A stretch of 64,000 bases of DNA. Origin: Burkholderiales bacterium (GTDB lineage: Bacteria > Pseudomonadota > Gammaproteobacteria > Burkholderiales > JBBRTU01). This document shows, in pieces, positions 8,579 through 18,008 of the stretch. The notes beneath the pieces were generated by a model that worked only from the letters and a program-made list of their open reading frames with translations, was not told the DNA's origin and made no database searches. Positions within the stretch are counted from its first letter, which is position 1, and each line of letters starts with the position of its first letter. The stretch covers positions 71,647-135,646 of the forward strand of contig JBBRTU010000003.1 of the NCBI GenBank assembly GCA_038244115.1, read 5' to 3'. The position numbers and the translations under genes are program-made.

Positions 8579-9346
8579 ATGTTGATCGACACTCACTGTC
8601 ACCTAGACGCTGCAGAATTCGACGCTGACCGCGACGCGGTGGCGCAGCGTGCGCTCGATGCCGGCGTGCAGCGGATCATCATCCCCGCTGTCGAGTTGGA
8701 CAATTTCGATGCGGTGCTGGCCACCTGTGCGCACCTTCCATTTTGTGTGCCCGCACTGGGCTTCCACCCCATGTATATCCACCGGCACCAGCCGCAACAT
8801 CTGGACGCGCTGCGTGCCGCCATCGTGCGCCATCGTCCCATAGCCGTGGGCGAAATTGGGCTGGATTTTTTCGTGCCCGATCTCGACCCAAAGGCGCAGG
8901 AATTTTACTTTGTCGAACAGCTCAAGATCGCCAAGGAATTCGATCTGCCGGTATTACTGCACATCCGTCGCGCCAACGACCAGGTATTAAAACAACTGCG
9001 CCGCATCAAGGTCAAAGGCGGCATCGCCCATGCCTTCAACGGTAGCGTTCAGCAAGCGCAGGAATTTATCAAGCTGGGGTTCAAGCTGGGCTTTGGTGGT
9101 GCCACGACCTACCCGCGCGCACTCAACCTGCGCCGTCTTGCTGCCGAGTTGCCGCTGGACAGCATCGTGCTGGAAACAGATGCGCCCGACATTCCGCCTG
9201 TCTTTGCCCACAGGCAGCGCAACAGTCCGGAGTATCTTGCGGCTATTGCGCAACAAATTGCAGATTTGCGGGGTGTCTCAGCCGATGAGATAGCCCAAGT
9301 CACGTCCGCCAACGCTACTTGCCTTCTTGGACTAGAGTTAGATTGA
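8579..9346 (+). CDS. tatD: TatD-family DNase
   Basis: DTHCH, GFHP, VGEIGLD, LLH, ETDAP motifs. Confidence 0.92.
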   Translation: MLIDTHCHLDAAEFDADRDAVAQRALDAGVQRIIIPAVELDNFDAVLATCAHLPFCVPALGFHPMYIHRHQPQHLDALRAAIVRHRPIAVGEIGLDFFVPDLDPKAQEFYFVEQLKIAKEFDLPVLLHIRRANDQVLKQLRRIKVKGGIAHAFNGSVQQAQEFIKLGFKLGFGGATTYPRALNLRRLAAELPLDSIVLETDAPDIPPVFAHRQRNSPEYLAAIAQQIADLRGVSADEIAQVTSANATCLLGLELD

Positions 9347-9481
9347 AGTCGTGCTGGCGCCTGCACTACCGTGGGGGCGAACATACTGTGGCTTGCGTTC
9401 AAGATCCTGCTGCATGAAGGAGATGCAGAAATGGAGAAACTGCGCGCGGTCATCTGGATCTTAAACACATGGAATAGCCAC

Positions 9482-9690
9482 AAGGTAAGCGTTGTCGGCC
9501 ATGCCAGCACTCGCGGTAGCGGCAACCTGCGCTGGGCTCGCAACCGTGCCCATATGGTTGCCCAATTGCTGAAGAACGCCGGGATTGATACAGAAGAAAA
9601 GGGGGAATACCCTGTTGCCAACCAGCGTAGTATGGAACGACAACTTGGCTTTGACGCCTTCCGCAACGTTGAAATTACGTTGCAGAAATT
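9482..9690 (+). pseudogene. Degenerate OmpA-like peptidoglycan-binding domain fragment
   Basis: VSVVGHASTRGSGNLRWARNRAHMVAQLL...GEYPVAN...RNVEIT follows the OmpA-C pattern (GHTD...N..LS..RA..V...L...G...P...N....RRVEI) but has no plausible N-terminus. Confidence 0.5.
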
Positions 9691-9737
9691 ACGTTGCAGT
9701 GAGAGACAACGGCAACCTCCCCGGAATATTCCTGACA

Positions 9738-10406
9738 ACGGGTGTAGCAGGGGGAGCCGGTATCGCATTCGCCTTGTAAGAAGTCATCGCCAGCGTGGCT
9801 GGCTGGGCCGCTATTTCGTTTGGCGGATTCCTCAAGGTTGGTGACCGGGTTCAGCTCGGCGGCTTCAAAGGCGACGAAACTGACATTGGACTGTTACGCA
9901 GCACGCTCATGGAAACAGGCGAATGGATTCGCGGTGATTTATATAATGGCCGCGTTGTCCGGGTGGCCAACAGCTTCGTGTTCAAGGGGCCGGTTTTCAA
10001 GTATTTAGGCGATTTCCATTTTTTATGGGCCGAAGTCGTTTTACCCGTTCATTTTGGCAGCGACTATGAGCTGATGCGTAACATCCTGCTCAATGCGGCG
10101 AATGAAATTGTCGGTGGTTTTGAGGCCGAGGCAGCCATCAACTGGTGGCAGATGTTGAACAAATATCTGCTTGAAGACGCTTCGCTAAAACCTATAGTCT
10201 CCATCACTTTCAACGAGAACTGGGTGAATTTCACTCTGCGCTATGTTACGCATTACAGGCGGCGCCGAATTATGCTCGATGCGATTTCTGTTAAGGTCTT
10301 AACCGATGTCAAAAAATCCGGCGGCAAGGTTCGTATAGGTGTCGCCTCAATGGAACTAAGTCATTTCATGCCAAGCTCTCTTACCGAACCAGTCAACAAG
10401 GCATAA
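9738..10406 (+). pseudogene. MscS-family mechanosensitive channel remnant (N-terminus lost, in-frame stop)
   Basis: GVAGGAGIAFAL*EVIASVAGW: TAA at 9777-9779 sits where MscS has AFALQE. The downstream KVGDRVQLGG..GD..DIG domain is in the same frame. Confidence 0.8.
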
Positions 10407-10426
10407 TCAAAATCAGGAGGTTCCTC

Positions 10427-10756
10427 ATGTCGTTCCGCATCGCAATGGTAATAATCGGGGTAGTTCTTGGCGCGGTATTCATGCTGCAAAATACGCTGCC
10501 CGTGTCAATTGTGTTTATCTCATGGCGCTTCGAAAGTCCATTATGGATAACCATGCTGCTCACCTTCGCCTTAGGCGCGGGCATCAGCGCCTTGCTGTTC
10601 CTGCCAACCGTCGTGAAGCGGGGATTTGAGCAGAAACGCCACAAGCGTCGCATTACGGAGCTGGAACAACAATCTTCCGCCCTTTCAGATCAGGTTAAAA
10701 AGGCACGTGCTGAAGCGCCATCACAGGACGACACAGCAGCACAACATAAGTTTTAG
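10427..10756 (+). CDS. LapA/DUF1049-family membrane protein
   Basis: F-M-L-Q-N...V-x-I-x-F..W pattern; two TM segments; C-terminal coiled coil; RBS aggagg. Confidence 0.75.
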   Translation: MSFRIAMVIIGVVLGAVFMLQNTLPVSIVFISWRFESPLWITMLLTFALGAGISALLFLPTVVKRGFEQKRHKRRITELEQQSSALSDQVKKARAEAPSQDDTAAQHKF

Positions 10757-12060
10757 GGCTTAGCGGCAGACGTCAGAAAGCGTATTGCTAGTGCCTTATA
10801 CAGCGGCACCGGACAGACCAGCCGGGAGGTTGCGTAGGCGATCACCGCCGCTGCCATCAGTGGAATAGCCATGGTGTGGTTGTCCGTCATCTCCATCACG
10901 ATCACAAAGGCAGTAATCGGTGCCTGTACCACTCCGGCGAAATACGCCACCATGCCAAGAATCACCACAGCACCCGCTGGTGCGAAAGGAAACAAGCCCG
11001 CAATGTTGGAACCGAAACCTGCGCCCACCGCCAGAGAGGGCGCAAAAATTCCGCCGGGTATCCCACTCAGATAGGACACAATGGTTGCGAGCATTTTGAG
11101 CATGCCGTAAGTTTCCGGCAACATGGAAGTACCTTCCATAATCTGCTTCGCTTCGTGGTAACCAGTGCCATAAGTCGTACTGCCCGACAGGATGCCGATC
11201 ACCGCAAGCAGCAAGCCGCATAAAGCGGCAAATAACACCGGGCGATGCTGCATGAGATGCGACACCCGAGCCGGCAGAAAATGCGCGGAGCGAATTAGTA
11301 CTTGGCTGAAAATTCCGCCCAACAAGCCACCGGCCACCCCGCAGGCAAGGACTGCCAGCCAGCCACGGTTGAGATCCAGCGATGCCGTGGTGTGACCGAA
11401 ATAGGTGTAATTTCCCAGCACTGCCAAAGAAGCGATACCCGCCATGATGACTGCGGTAAGTACGTTGCCGCTAGTGCGCTCTTCAAATGAGCGGCTCATT
11501 TCCTCAATGGCAAACACGATCCCGGCCAACGGCGTATTGAACGCCGCAGCCACTCCGGCCGCACCGCCTGCAAGGATTAACGCGCGCTCCGTTTCAAGGC
11601 GAGAGAAATGTCCAAAACGCCCTATTGCATGCATGATTGATGCGCCGATCTGCACTGTCGGCCCTTCGCGTCCAACCGAAGCACCAGCCAATAAGCTAAT
11701 TAAAGTAAGTACGATTTTCCCGGCAGAGATACGCAGGGATAGCAATTTTTCGCGTGCATCTGCATCGGTGATTTGTAGCGCGGCAATCGTCTGAGGAATA
11801 CCGCTGCCTTGCGAACCGGGAAAATATTTGCGCGTAATCCACACTACCAGCGCAAGCCCAGCAGGAGTTACCACCAATGGCAAATAGGGAGAAGTATTGA
11901 GTAGTTGATGCAGCGCACTATTCGCATACTCGCCGCCGAGAGCAAACAGAATGGCCGCAACACCGACAGCTACAGCCCCCGACCAGAAAATCAGTCGGCG
12001 CCTCCAGTGTCGCACTGATAGCCAGACTCGCTTCGAACGGATGAACGTTTTTTTAGGCAT
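10753..12060 (-). CDS. ClC-family chloride channel / Cl-:H+ antiporter
   Basis: GSGIPQ, GREGP, AAFNTPLAG, GGIFAP motifs. Confidence 0.92.
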   Translation of the reverse strand: MPKKTFIRSKRVWLSVRHWRRRLIFWSGAVAVGVAAILFALGGEYANSALHQLLNTSPYLPLVVTPAGLALVVWITRKYFPGSQGSGIPQTIAALQITDADAREKLLSLRISAGKIVLTLISLLAGASVGREGPTVQIGASIMHAIGRFGHFSRLETERALILAGGAAGVAAAFNTPLAGIVFAIEEMSRSFEERTSGNVLTAVIMAGIASLAVLGNYTYFGHTTASLDLNRGWLAVLACGVAGGLLGGIFSQVLIRSAHFLPARVSHLMQHRPVLFAALCGLLLAVIGILSGSTTYGTGYHEAKQIMEGTSMLPETYGMLKMLATIVSYLSGIPGGIFAPSLAVGAGFGSNIAGLFPFAPAGAVVILGMVAYFAGVVQAPITAFVIVMEMTDNHTMAIPLMAAAVIAYATSRLVCPVPLYKALAIRFLTSAAKP

Positions 12061-12230
12061 GGCTCGTTTGCTGAATAAGTTGGTTACAGGTTAATTTTAT
12101 GGCAAGCCCGCCATACCACCAAACCAACCATTCTCTTTCGATGATTAAGTTTCTACTGTTCGACCACTAGGTCACCCCTGCCGTTTTCGGAAGGGATGCG
12201 TGGAAAACCTGTGAGGCCTTGGAGGAAATT

Positions 12231-12914
12231 CTAGCGGCCGGGCTTGCGCTTTCTTTCCGCCAGTTTTTCAATAACCCCTGCGGCCCACTCCCTGCCGCCC
12301 AAGCCAAATGCCAGCGCCAGACCTAGACAAATGGCACCGAACAAAATGATGAAAGCTGCCGTCAACATTTGCGTGCCAATGTTAAGTTGCTCCAACGCAA
12401 CAAATAGCGCAAAAATTTGCACGCCATATTCAGCCGCGGTGCTAATGGTCAACGCACTATCAATGCCGAGGTTATTCAACCACGCAAACACCATGCGATT
12501 AATGAATCTGGCCATGAGCGTACCGAATACCAGTACCAGAATAGCTACGATAATATTGGGCAGATACAACACCACGCGATTAAACAATTCAGCCACTGCT
12601 TGCAGCCCCAGGCTGTTAGAGGTGGTGACAATCACCACCAGAATCACCAACCAATAACTGACTTCTGCAATGACACCGCTCAACGTGATACTCATGTCGC
12701 CGTGTTTGAGGAATTCTTCCACTCCGGATTTCTGCGCCAATGCATCGAAGTGCGCGACTTGTAACAATCGTTTAACGCCCGTTCGCACCACCTTAGCGAA
12801 CAGCCAACCAATGAATAAAAGCAGCAGTGCCGCTCCCAATTTCGGTATAAACATCGCGATCTGTCCCCAGAAGGTCATAAGCGAAGAAACGAAAATATCG
12901 ATTTGTTGTTGCAT
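12231..12914 (-). CDS. CmpX-like / MscS TM-helix repeat membrane protein
   Basis: Repeated YLPNIIVAILVLVFG-type helices; LALAFGLGGRE C-terminal motif. Confidence 0.75.
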   Translation of the reverse strand: MQQQIDIFVSSLMTFWGQIAMFIPKLGAALLLLFIGWLFAKVVRTGVKRLLQVAHFDALAQKSGVEEFLKHGDMSITLSGVIAEVSYWLVILVVIVTTSNSLGLQAVAELFNRVVLYLPNIIVAILVLVFGTLMARFINRMVFAWLNNLGIDSALTISTAAEYGVQIFALFVALEQLNIGTQMLTAAFIILFGAICLGLALAFGLGGREWAAGVIEKLAERKRKPGR

Positions 12915-12956
12915 AAGTGCCTCCTTACTTTCTAAAAAAATTGCTGAAAATCAAAC

Positions 12957-13478
12957 CTATGGCTCATAAAGCGGTTCGTGCGCCGCCTTTTCATCTTTCA
13001 TGTTTATCTGCGCTACCAGGCACTCCATATTTGTTCCCAGAATTTCCAAGACTTCGTCAGGAAGGCGCGACAAGGCGTCAGTCAGCACCCCTTGAGGTGG
13101 ATGGGGAGCGCGATTGACAATCGCGGCACCCTCGGCTGAAAGATACAGCCTGACCACGCGTTGATCCGGCCCTTTGCGTTCTCGCTTAATTAGCCCTTTT
13201 CTTTCCAGTTTATCGAGCAGATTACTGGTGGTGGACTGATGGATCGACATGGCTTTGGACAATTCACTAACCTTCAATCCCGGCGATGTCAGTAGCTCCC
13301 ACATCGCCCACAACTGCGCGCCGCTCAGGCCACACTGGGCCTCAACCCAGGCGGAGTGGTTTTGCACCGCACGAAAAGCGATCCTGAAATTCTTAAGCAC
13401 TTCGCTGATGCGTGCAGCGCGTCCATCTACATTTGGTTCGCTCGCAAAAGGCGTATTCAACGGGTGCTTTTCTGTCAT
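12957..13478 (-). CDS. MarR-family transcriptional regulator
   Basis: LSGAQLWAM, STTSNLLDKLERKGLIKR, DQRVVRLYLS winged-HTH; start placed at MTEKHP. Confidence 0.88.
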   Translation of the reverse strand: MTEKHPLNTPFASEPNVDGRAARISEVLKNFRIAFRAVQNHSAWVEAQCGLSGAQLWAMWELLTSPGLKVSELSKAMSIHQSTTSNLLDKLERKGLIKRERKGPDQRVVRLYLSAEGAAIVNRAPHPPQGVLTDALSRLPDEVLEILGTNMECLVAQINMKDEKAAHEPLYEP

Positions 13479-13640
13479 CACATGCCTCCGGCTTCTTTCC
13501 ATACACAATACTTACAGATTATTACAAGAAATATATTTGTGCAATAATGATTTGCCTAAATACTTTGTGTGGCCTAGCTTAAATCCGCTCCATTACGGCT
13601 TTACAAGGTAGTAACCATAAAATTGCAGGATGTCCGAATC

Positions 13641-14891
13641 ATGGAGTTACACGGCTTTTTTCTCATGCTGGCGGTATTACTGCTTAGCGCGCGCTTCCTG
13701 TCTGAGCTAGCGGCACGCTTTGGCGTGCCTGCAGTGATTGGTGAACTGACAGCTGGAATTCTGCTCGGCCCATCGTTGCTGGGCTGGGTAACACCGAACG
13801 ACACGCTAAAAATCCTGGCAGAGATCGGTATCGTGCTGCTGCTGTTCGAAGTGGGCATGGATACGGATGTATTCCGGCTGGCCAAGGCCGGCGCCAAGCC
13901 GGTCATCGTGGCATTAGCCGGCTTCATCCTGCCTTTCCTGCTGGGATTTGCGGCATCTCGTTACATGTTCGACCTGTCTCAGATTACCAGTCTGTTCGTC
14001 GGCGGCACGCTCACTGCGACCAGCATCGGCATTACCGTGCGCGTCCTGACCGACCTCCAGCGGCGTAGCTCGGATGAAGCGCAGATCGTCATCGGCGCAG
14101 CTGTATTGGACGATATCCTGGGCGTCATTGCCCTGGCTTTTTTGTATCAATTTGCCGTGCTGGGCGACGTAACTGCCGCCTCCATTGGCACGGTCGGATT
14201 GTATATCTTGCTATTCATGCTGGCAGCGCCGATCGCGGCTAAGGCGATGGCCTGGATGATCGACCACTTCGACCGCACAGCATCGTCGCCTGGCCTGCTG
14301 CTCACCATGGTGGTGAGCCTGATCATGCTGTTCAGCTATCTGGCTCACGTGGTTGGTGCGCCGGTCATCATGGGGGGCTTCGCTGCCGGCATTGCCATGG
14401 GACAACAGTTCCGCGTCACCATTGCCCGGCATTTGCGTGTGCCGTTTACTCCGCTTCTCAACAGAGTGCTGGCCGCCAGCCCGGAGCTGACAGAGCGGCT
14501 GGAGCATCAGGTGAGGCCGCTGATTCATTTGTTCTCGCCGATTTTCTTCGTGATGGTCGGCGTCTCCCTTAACTTGAAAACCGTGAACTGGGGTTCGACG
14601 TTTATCTGGCAGCTTGCCGGCGTACTGCTGCTGGTCGGCTTTGCCGGCAAAATGGCAGCAGGCTATCTGATCCGGGAGAACCGCCTGCGCCAGACAGCCA
14701 TCGGCCTATGCATGGTGCCACGTGGTGAAGTGGGGTTGATCTTCGCCCAGCTCGGGCTCAGCAATGGCATCTTGAATGCAGAGCTGTACGCCGCCCTGCT
14801 CATCGTGATCGCGCTCACTACATTGCTGCCGCCGTTCGCACTTAAATGGTTTTACAATACTTGGAGTGATCATCCTGGTTTAGCAAAATGA
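13641..14891 (+). CDS. Cation:proton antiporter (CPA2 family)
   Basis: GELTAGILLGPS, ATSIGIT, AAVLDDILG, MVPRGEVG motifs. Confidence 0.9.
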   Translation: MELHGFFLMLAVLLLSARFLSELAARFGVPAVIGELTAGILLGPSLLGWVTPNDTLKILAEIGIVLLLFEVGMDTDVFRLAKAGAKPVIVALAGFILPFLLGFAASRYMFDLSQITSLFVGGTLTATSIGITVRVLTDLQRRSSDEAQIVIGAAVLDDILGVIALAFLYQFAVLGDVTAASIGTVGLYILLFMLAAPIAAKAMAWMIDHFDRTASSPGLLLTMVVSLIMLFSYLAHVVGAPVIMGGFAAGIAMGQQFRVTIARHLRVPFTPLLNRVLAASPELTERLEHQVRPLIHLFSPIFFVMVGVSLNLKTVNWGSTFIWQLAGVLLLVGFAGKMAAGYLIRENRLRQTAIGLCMVPRGEVGLIFAQLGLSNGILNAELYAALLIVIALTTLLPPFALKWFYNTWSDHPGLAK

Positions 14892-15619
14892 CAACATTCC
14901 CGCCACAGTTCGAACGCTCCCATATCCTGCTTGGCGACGACGGACTGAAGAAACTCGCCAGCAAACATCTATTCGTCGCGGGACTCGGCGGGGTCGGCTC
15001 CTACTGCGTGGAAGCCTTCGCCCGCGCCGGAATCGGACGGCTGACGCTGGTCGATCACGATGTGGTGGCCGCCTCCAATATCAACCGGCAACTGCCCGCG
15101 CTGCTTTCCACCGTGGGGCAGTCCAAAGCCGACCTGATGCTGGCCCGTGTCCGCGATATCAATCCGGATTGCCACGTGACCATCGTCAAGGAATTTATCA
15201 ACACGGAAAACGTCAACCAGCTTGTGCCTGCCGATGCGGATTACGTGGTGGACTGCATCGATTCACTGGCTTGCAAGGTGGCATTGGTGGCGGAGAGTTT
15301 CACACGCGGCCTGAAGGTCGCATCCAGCATGGGTGCAGGCAACCGCCTCGACCCCGGCGCGATCAAGATCGTCGATATCAGCAAGACCGAAATGTGCCCG
15401 CTGGCACGCCAGATGAGAAAGCGCCTGCAACGCCACTACAACATTCGCAAGGGAATACTCACGGTATTTTCTGACGAACAACCCAGCGCACCACGCCCAC
15501 CCGAGCCGGTGCCTGGCCCCGGACGCCCACGCGCGGTGAACGGCACCATCAGCTATATGCCACCGTTATTTGGCTTCATGCTGGCGGGAGCGGTAATTAA
15601 GCGGCTGCTGGAAGAATAA
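14888..15619 (+). CDS. tcdA: tRNA threonylcarbamoyladenosine dehydratase (ThiF family)
   Basis: GLGGVGS, SNINRQL, DCIDS, SSMGAG, CPLAR, VFSDE motifs. Confidence 0.85.
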   Translation: MTTFPPQFERSHILLGDDGLKKLASKHLFVAGLGGVGSYCVEAFARAGIGRLTLVDHDVVAASNINRQLPALLSTVGQSKADLMLARVRDINPDCHVTIVKEFINTENVNQLVPADADYVVDCIDSLACKVALVAESFTRGLKVASSMGAGNRLDPGAIKIVDISKTEMCPLARQMRKRLQRHYNIRKGILTVFSDEQPSAPRPPEPVPGPGRPRAVNGTISYMPPLFGFMLAGAVIKRLLEE

Positions 15620-15747
15620 TTTTTTACTCCAAGGTGGCGTTTGATGTGGGATCATCAGAAGCTGCCATTATTGCCAATCGACCTTTGGGTAGATCAACGT
15701 CATAAGTTATTTTGGACAAGAGCGATCCGCGCCGATGTTCCAAAATA

Positions 15748-15762
15748 GTTCCAATATGGAAC
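15748..15762. promoter_or_regulatory. Putative enhancer (bEBP binding site) GTTCCA-N3-TGGAAC
   Basis: Perfect palindrome ~64 bp upstream of a sigma54 promoter; extra half-site at 15737-15742; same consensus at 25814 and 26529. Confidence 0.6.
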
Positions 15763-15825
15763 ATCTACGCGAAACAACGCGCTAGACACCTCGCCTAATC
15801 CCAATGAAAACAAGCCGTTTATCAA

Positions 15826-15841
15826 TGGCATGGTCTTTGCA
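15826..15841 (+). promoter_or_regulatory. Sigma54 (-24/-12) promoter of the MFP-MFP-RND operon
   Basis: TGGCAT-GGTCT-TTGCA with exact GG-N10-GC spacing, 41 bp before the ATG. Confidence 0.8.
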
Positions 15842-15881
15842 ATAGGTTTAACGTTATCTCTGCCTGGGTGCGGCATCAGCC

Positions 15882-16724
15882 ATGTTTCGACGCGCCATCT
15901 CATCGTTTATTTTTTGCACTGCCCTGGCGTTTAACGCGCAGGCGCAACCTGCCGCGCCTGCCGCAGACGATCACCATGATGATCACGATGACCATGCTGT
16001 GCCGCAACTCTATCCTGCCATTATCGTAATTGATCCGCGCCAAGTAGTGAGCGTGGTGGTCAAGATCAATGCGCGCCTGAAAAATCTGCGCAACCTTTAT
16101 GTCGGCCAGCGCGTTGCGCGCGACCAGGTGTTGGGAGAATTGGAGAGTGCTGAACTTGAAACCGTGCAGCGAACCTATCTCGGCCTCATTACCAACATGG
16201 ATGCGGTGCAGGCTTTTTCGATGACCTCTAACGAGAAGCTGATTGATGCGCGCATGAATCTGGCCTGGCGCGGCATGTCGGAAGCGGATATCAAGCAGCT
16301 GGATGCAACCAAAGAGCCGCTCAAGCTCATTGCTCTTAAAGCGCCGATCGCGGGTTATCTCTATAGCCTGAATGTCGTCAATGAGCAGATCGTCAACGCC
16401 GGCGGGCAAAGTGGTGTCTACACCACGACTGGTACTACCGTGGCTACCATCGCCAAGCCAGAGGCGGTGTATGTGGAGGCACAGATTCCGCTTACAGACG
16501 CGACGGGAATCAAGCCCGGTGCCGGCGCCGAGGTGTTGATGCCGACATCTGACGGCACGCGCATGACGGTCAAAGCAAAAGTAGAGCGCGTATTTTCCTT
16601 CGTTAACCCCGTGACCCAGCGCAAACGGGTACGTCTACTGTTGGCGCAACATCCAGAGCGACTGCCCTTGGCCGAGGGCTTGCCAGTCATGGTGCAGTTC
16701 AAAGGAAATGCACATGCGCCTTAA
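15882..16724 (+). CDS. Heavy-metal RND periplasmic adaptor (CusB/CzcB-like) 1, His/Asp-rich N-terminus
   Basis: Signal peptide; DDHHDDHDDH; lipoyl/hairpin motifs VGQRV..DQVLGELESAEL and LKAPIAG. Confidence 0.75.
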   Translation: MFRRAISSFIFCTALAFNAQAQPAAPAADDHHDDHDDHAVPQLYPAIIVIDPRQVVSVVVKINARLKNLRNLYVGQRVARDQVLGELESAELETVQRTYLGLITNMDAVQAFSMTSNEKLIDARMNLAWRGMSEADIKQLDATKEPLKLIALKAPIAGYLYSLNVVNEQIVNAGGQSGVYTTTGTTVATIAKPEAVYVEAQIPLTDATGIKPGAGAEVLMPTSDGTRMTVKAKVERVFSFVNPVTQRKRVRLLLAQHPERLPLAEGLPVMVQFKGNAHAP

Positions 16725-17868
16725 GCTTACCCGCTTGGCGGCATGGTCGATATGGGCCGTAGCGAGCTGCGCTTGGGGGCACGGCGATACCTCGCAGTTT
16801 GCAGGCGCGGCGCAGGAGGACAACGTCCCGCATGAACTGACCTTACCCGCGCAGGTAAAAGACGATCAGACAATATTCAATTTCGCCGCGGCGCAGCCAG
16901 GTAACCAGCAAACTGTGTTGCACACCTATGGTCAAGTGGCCCCAGATGCAAAAGCGGTGCTCGATATCAATGCTTACATCAGCGGCCAGATTCGGCAGGT
17001 ATTTGCTCGCGCCGGCGATGTGGTGCGCAAAGGCCAAGCCGTGGTTTCCATTTTCAACCCGGAATTCATCACCACGCAAAAAGGCTATTTGCAATTCCTG
17101 AAAAATGAAGAGCGATTACAGGTGCTGCGGGAAGAAGGGAGGCTGTCCGACTACATGAAAGACGCGCGCGAGAATTTGCGCTGGTGGGGCATGACTGATG
17201 CCCAGATTAAAGCATTGGTCGATAAAGGTGAGGTGGTGGAAGAGATACTTCTCCCCGCGCCGGCCGACGGTATTATTACCGACGTTTTCACCCAGCCCGG
17301 CACCTTGATCAATGCCGGCGACAAAACCATGAAGGCATTCGTAGTGATGGGTCGCTCAGTGGCGCGCATGGTGACGACACAAGGACCGTATTTAATCGAG
17401 GGCTTTCTGTATTTCGACCAGCAAGCCGCAGTGCGCCCCGGGGCACAGGTGGACATTGATCTCCCCAGCGGCAAGACTTTACACCGCACAATTAGCCAAG
17501 TCGTGCCGGCCATCGATAGCCGCGGCCAACGCGCGCGCTTCCTCGTGCCACTGGGACAGCCTGTGCCGGAACTGGCCATGGGGCAGGCAGTCAATCTCGC
17601 GGTGCACTTGCCTGCCGCTTATGGCGTGTGGGTACCGCGCAATGCGGTGTTGGGCCAACAACTGCGTCCCGTAGTTTATGTAAAGCGCGGCGCCAAGCAA
17701 TATTTGCGACAGCCGGTGAGTGTTTTATCGGAGAGTGCCGAAGCCCTGCGCATATCGGGTATCGCGCCGAATGCGATGGTGGTCACCGAAGGCAAGATGA
17801 TTCTGGAGGGACTCTATCGCATGACGGCAAACCCGGTTCCCGTGGGCGGACATCATCATGACGACTAA
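16714..17868 (+). CDS. Heavy-metal RND periplasmic adaptor (CusB-like) 2
   Basis: ISGQIRQVFARAGDVVRKGQ, NPEFITTQKGYL, APADG; C-terminal GGHHHDD. Confidence 0.82.
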   Translation: MRLKLTRLAAWSIWAVASCAWGHGDTSQFAGAAQEDNVPHELTLPAQVKDDQTIFNFAAAQPGNQQTVLHTYGQVAPDAKAVLDINAYISGQIRQVFARAGDVVRKGQAVVSIFNPEFITTQKGYLQFLKNEERLQVLREEGRLSDYMKDARENLRWWGMTDAQIKALVDKGEVVEEILLPAPADGIITDVFTQPGTLINAGDKTMKAFVVMGRSVARMVTTQGPYLIEGFLYFDQQAAVRPGAQVDIDLPSGKTLHRTISQVVPAIDSRGQRARFLVPLGQPVPELAMGQAVNLAVHLPAAYGVWVPRNAVLGQQLRPVVYVKRGAKQYLRQPVSVLSESAEALRISGIAPNAMVVTEGKMILEGLYRMTANPVPVGGHHHDD

Positions 17869-17992
17869 TTCCAATTCCAAATTAAAAGGAGAACAAGGCG
17901 GCGAGGATGAGGCGACGAAGACAGTACAACTAGTATGGCAAGGAGCCGAAGACGAAGCCAACGCGGTTATCGTTTTAATTTGGAATTGGATT
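17868..17992. mobile_element. 125-bp MITE/ERIC-like palindromic element, copy 1
   Basis: Perfect 18-bp inverted ends tccaattccaaattaaaa (17870-17887 / 17973-17990); near-identical copy at 34091-34215. Confidence 0.85.
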
Positions 17993-18008
17993 AAACGAGG
18001 TTGGCCGC

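Noticed and set aside
9371-9844. 157-aa ORF as a novel protein
   Set aside because: It is better explained as fused remnants (TM snippet, OmpA-like fragment, out-of-frame MscS).
14888-15619. tcdA as part of the thiocyanate (tcdh) system
   Set aside because: The names are similar by coincidence. This is the tRNA-modifying ThiF-family enzyme and lies outside the sigma54 promoter set.
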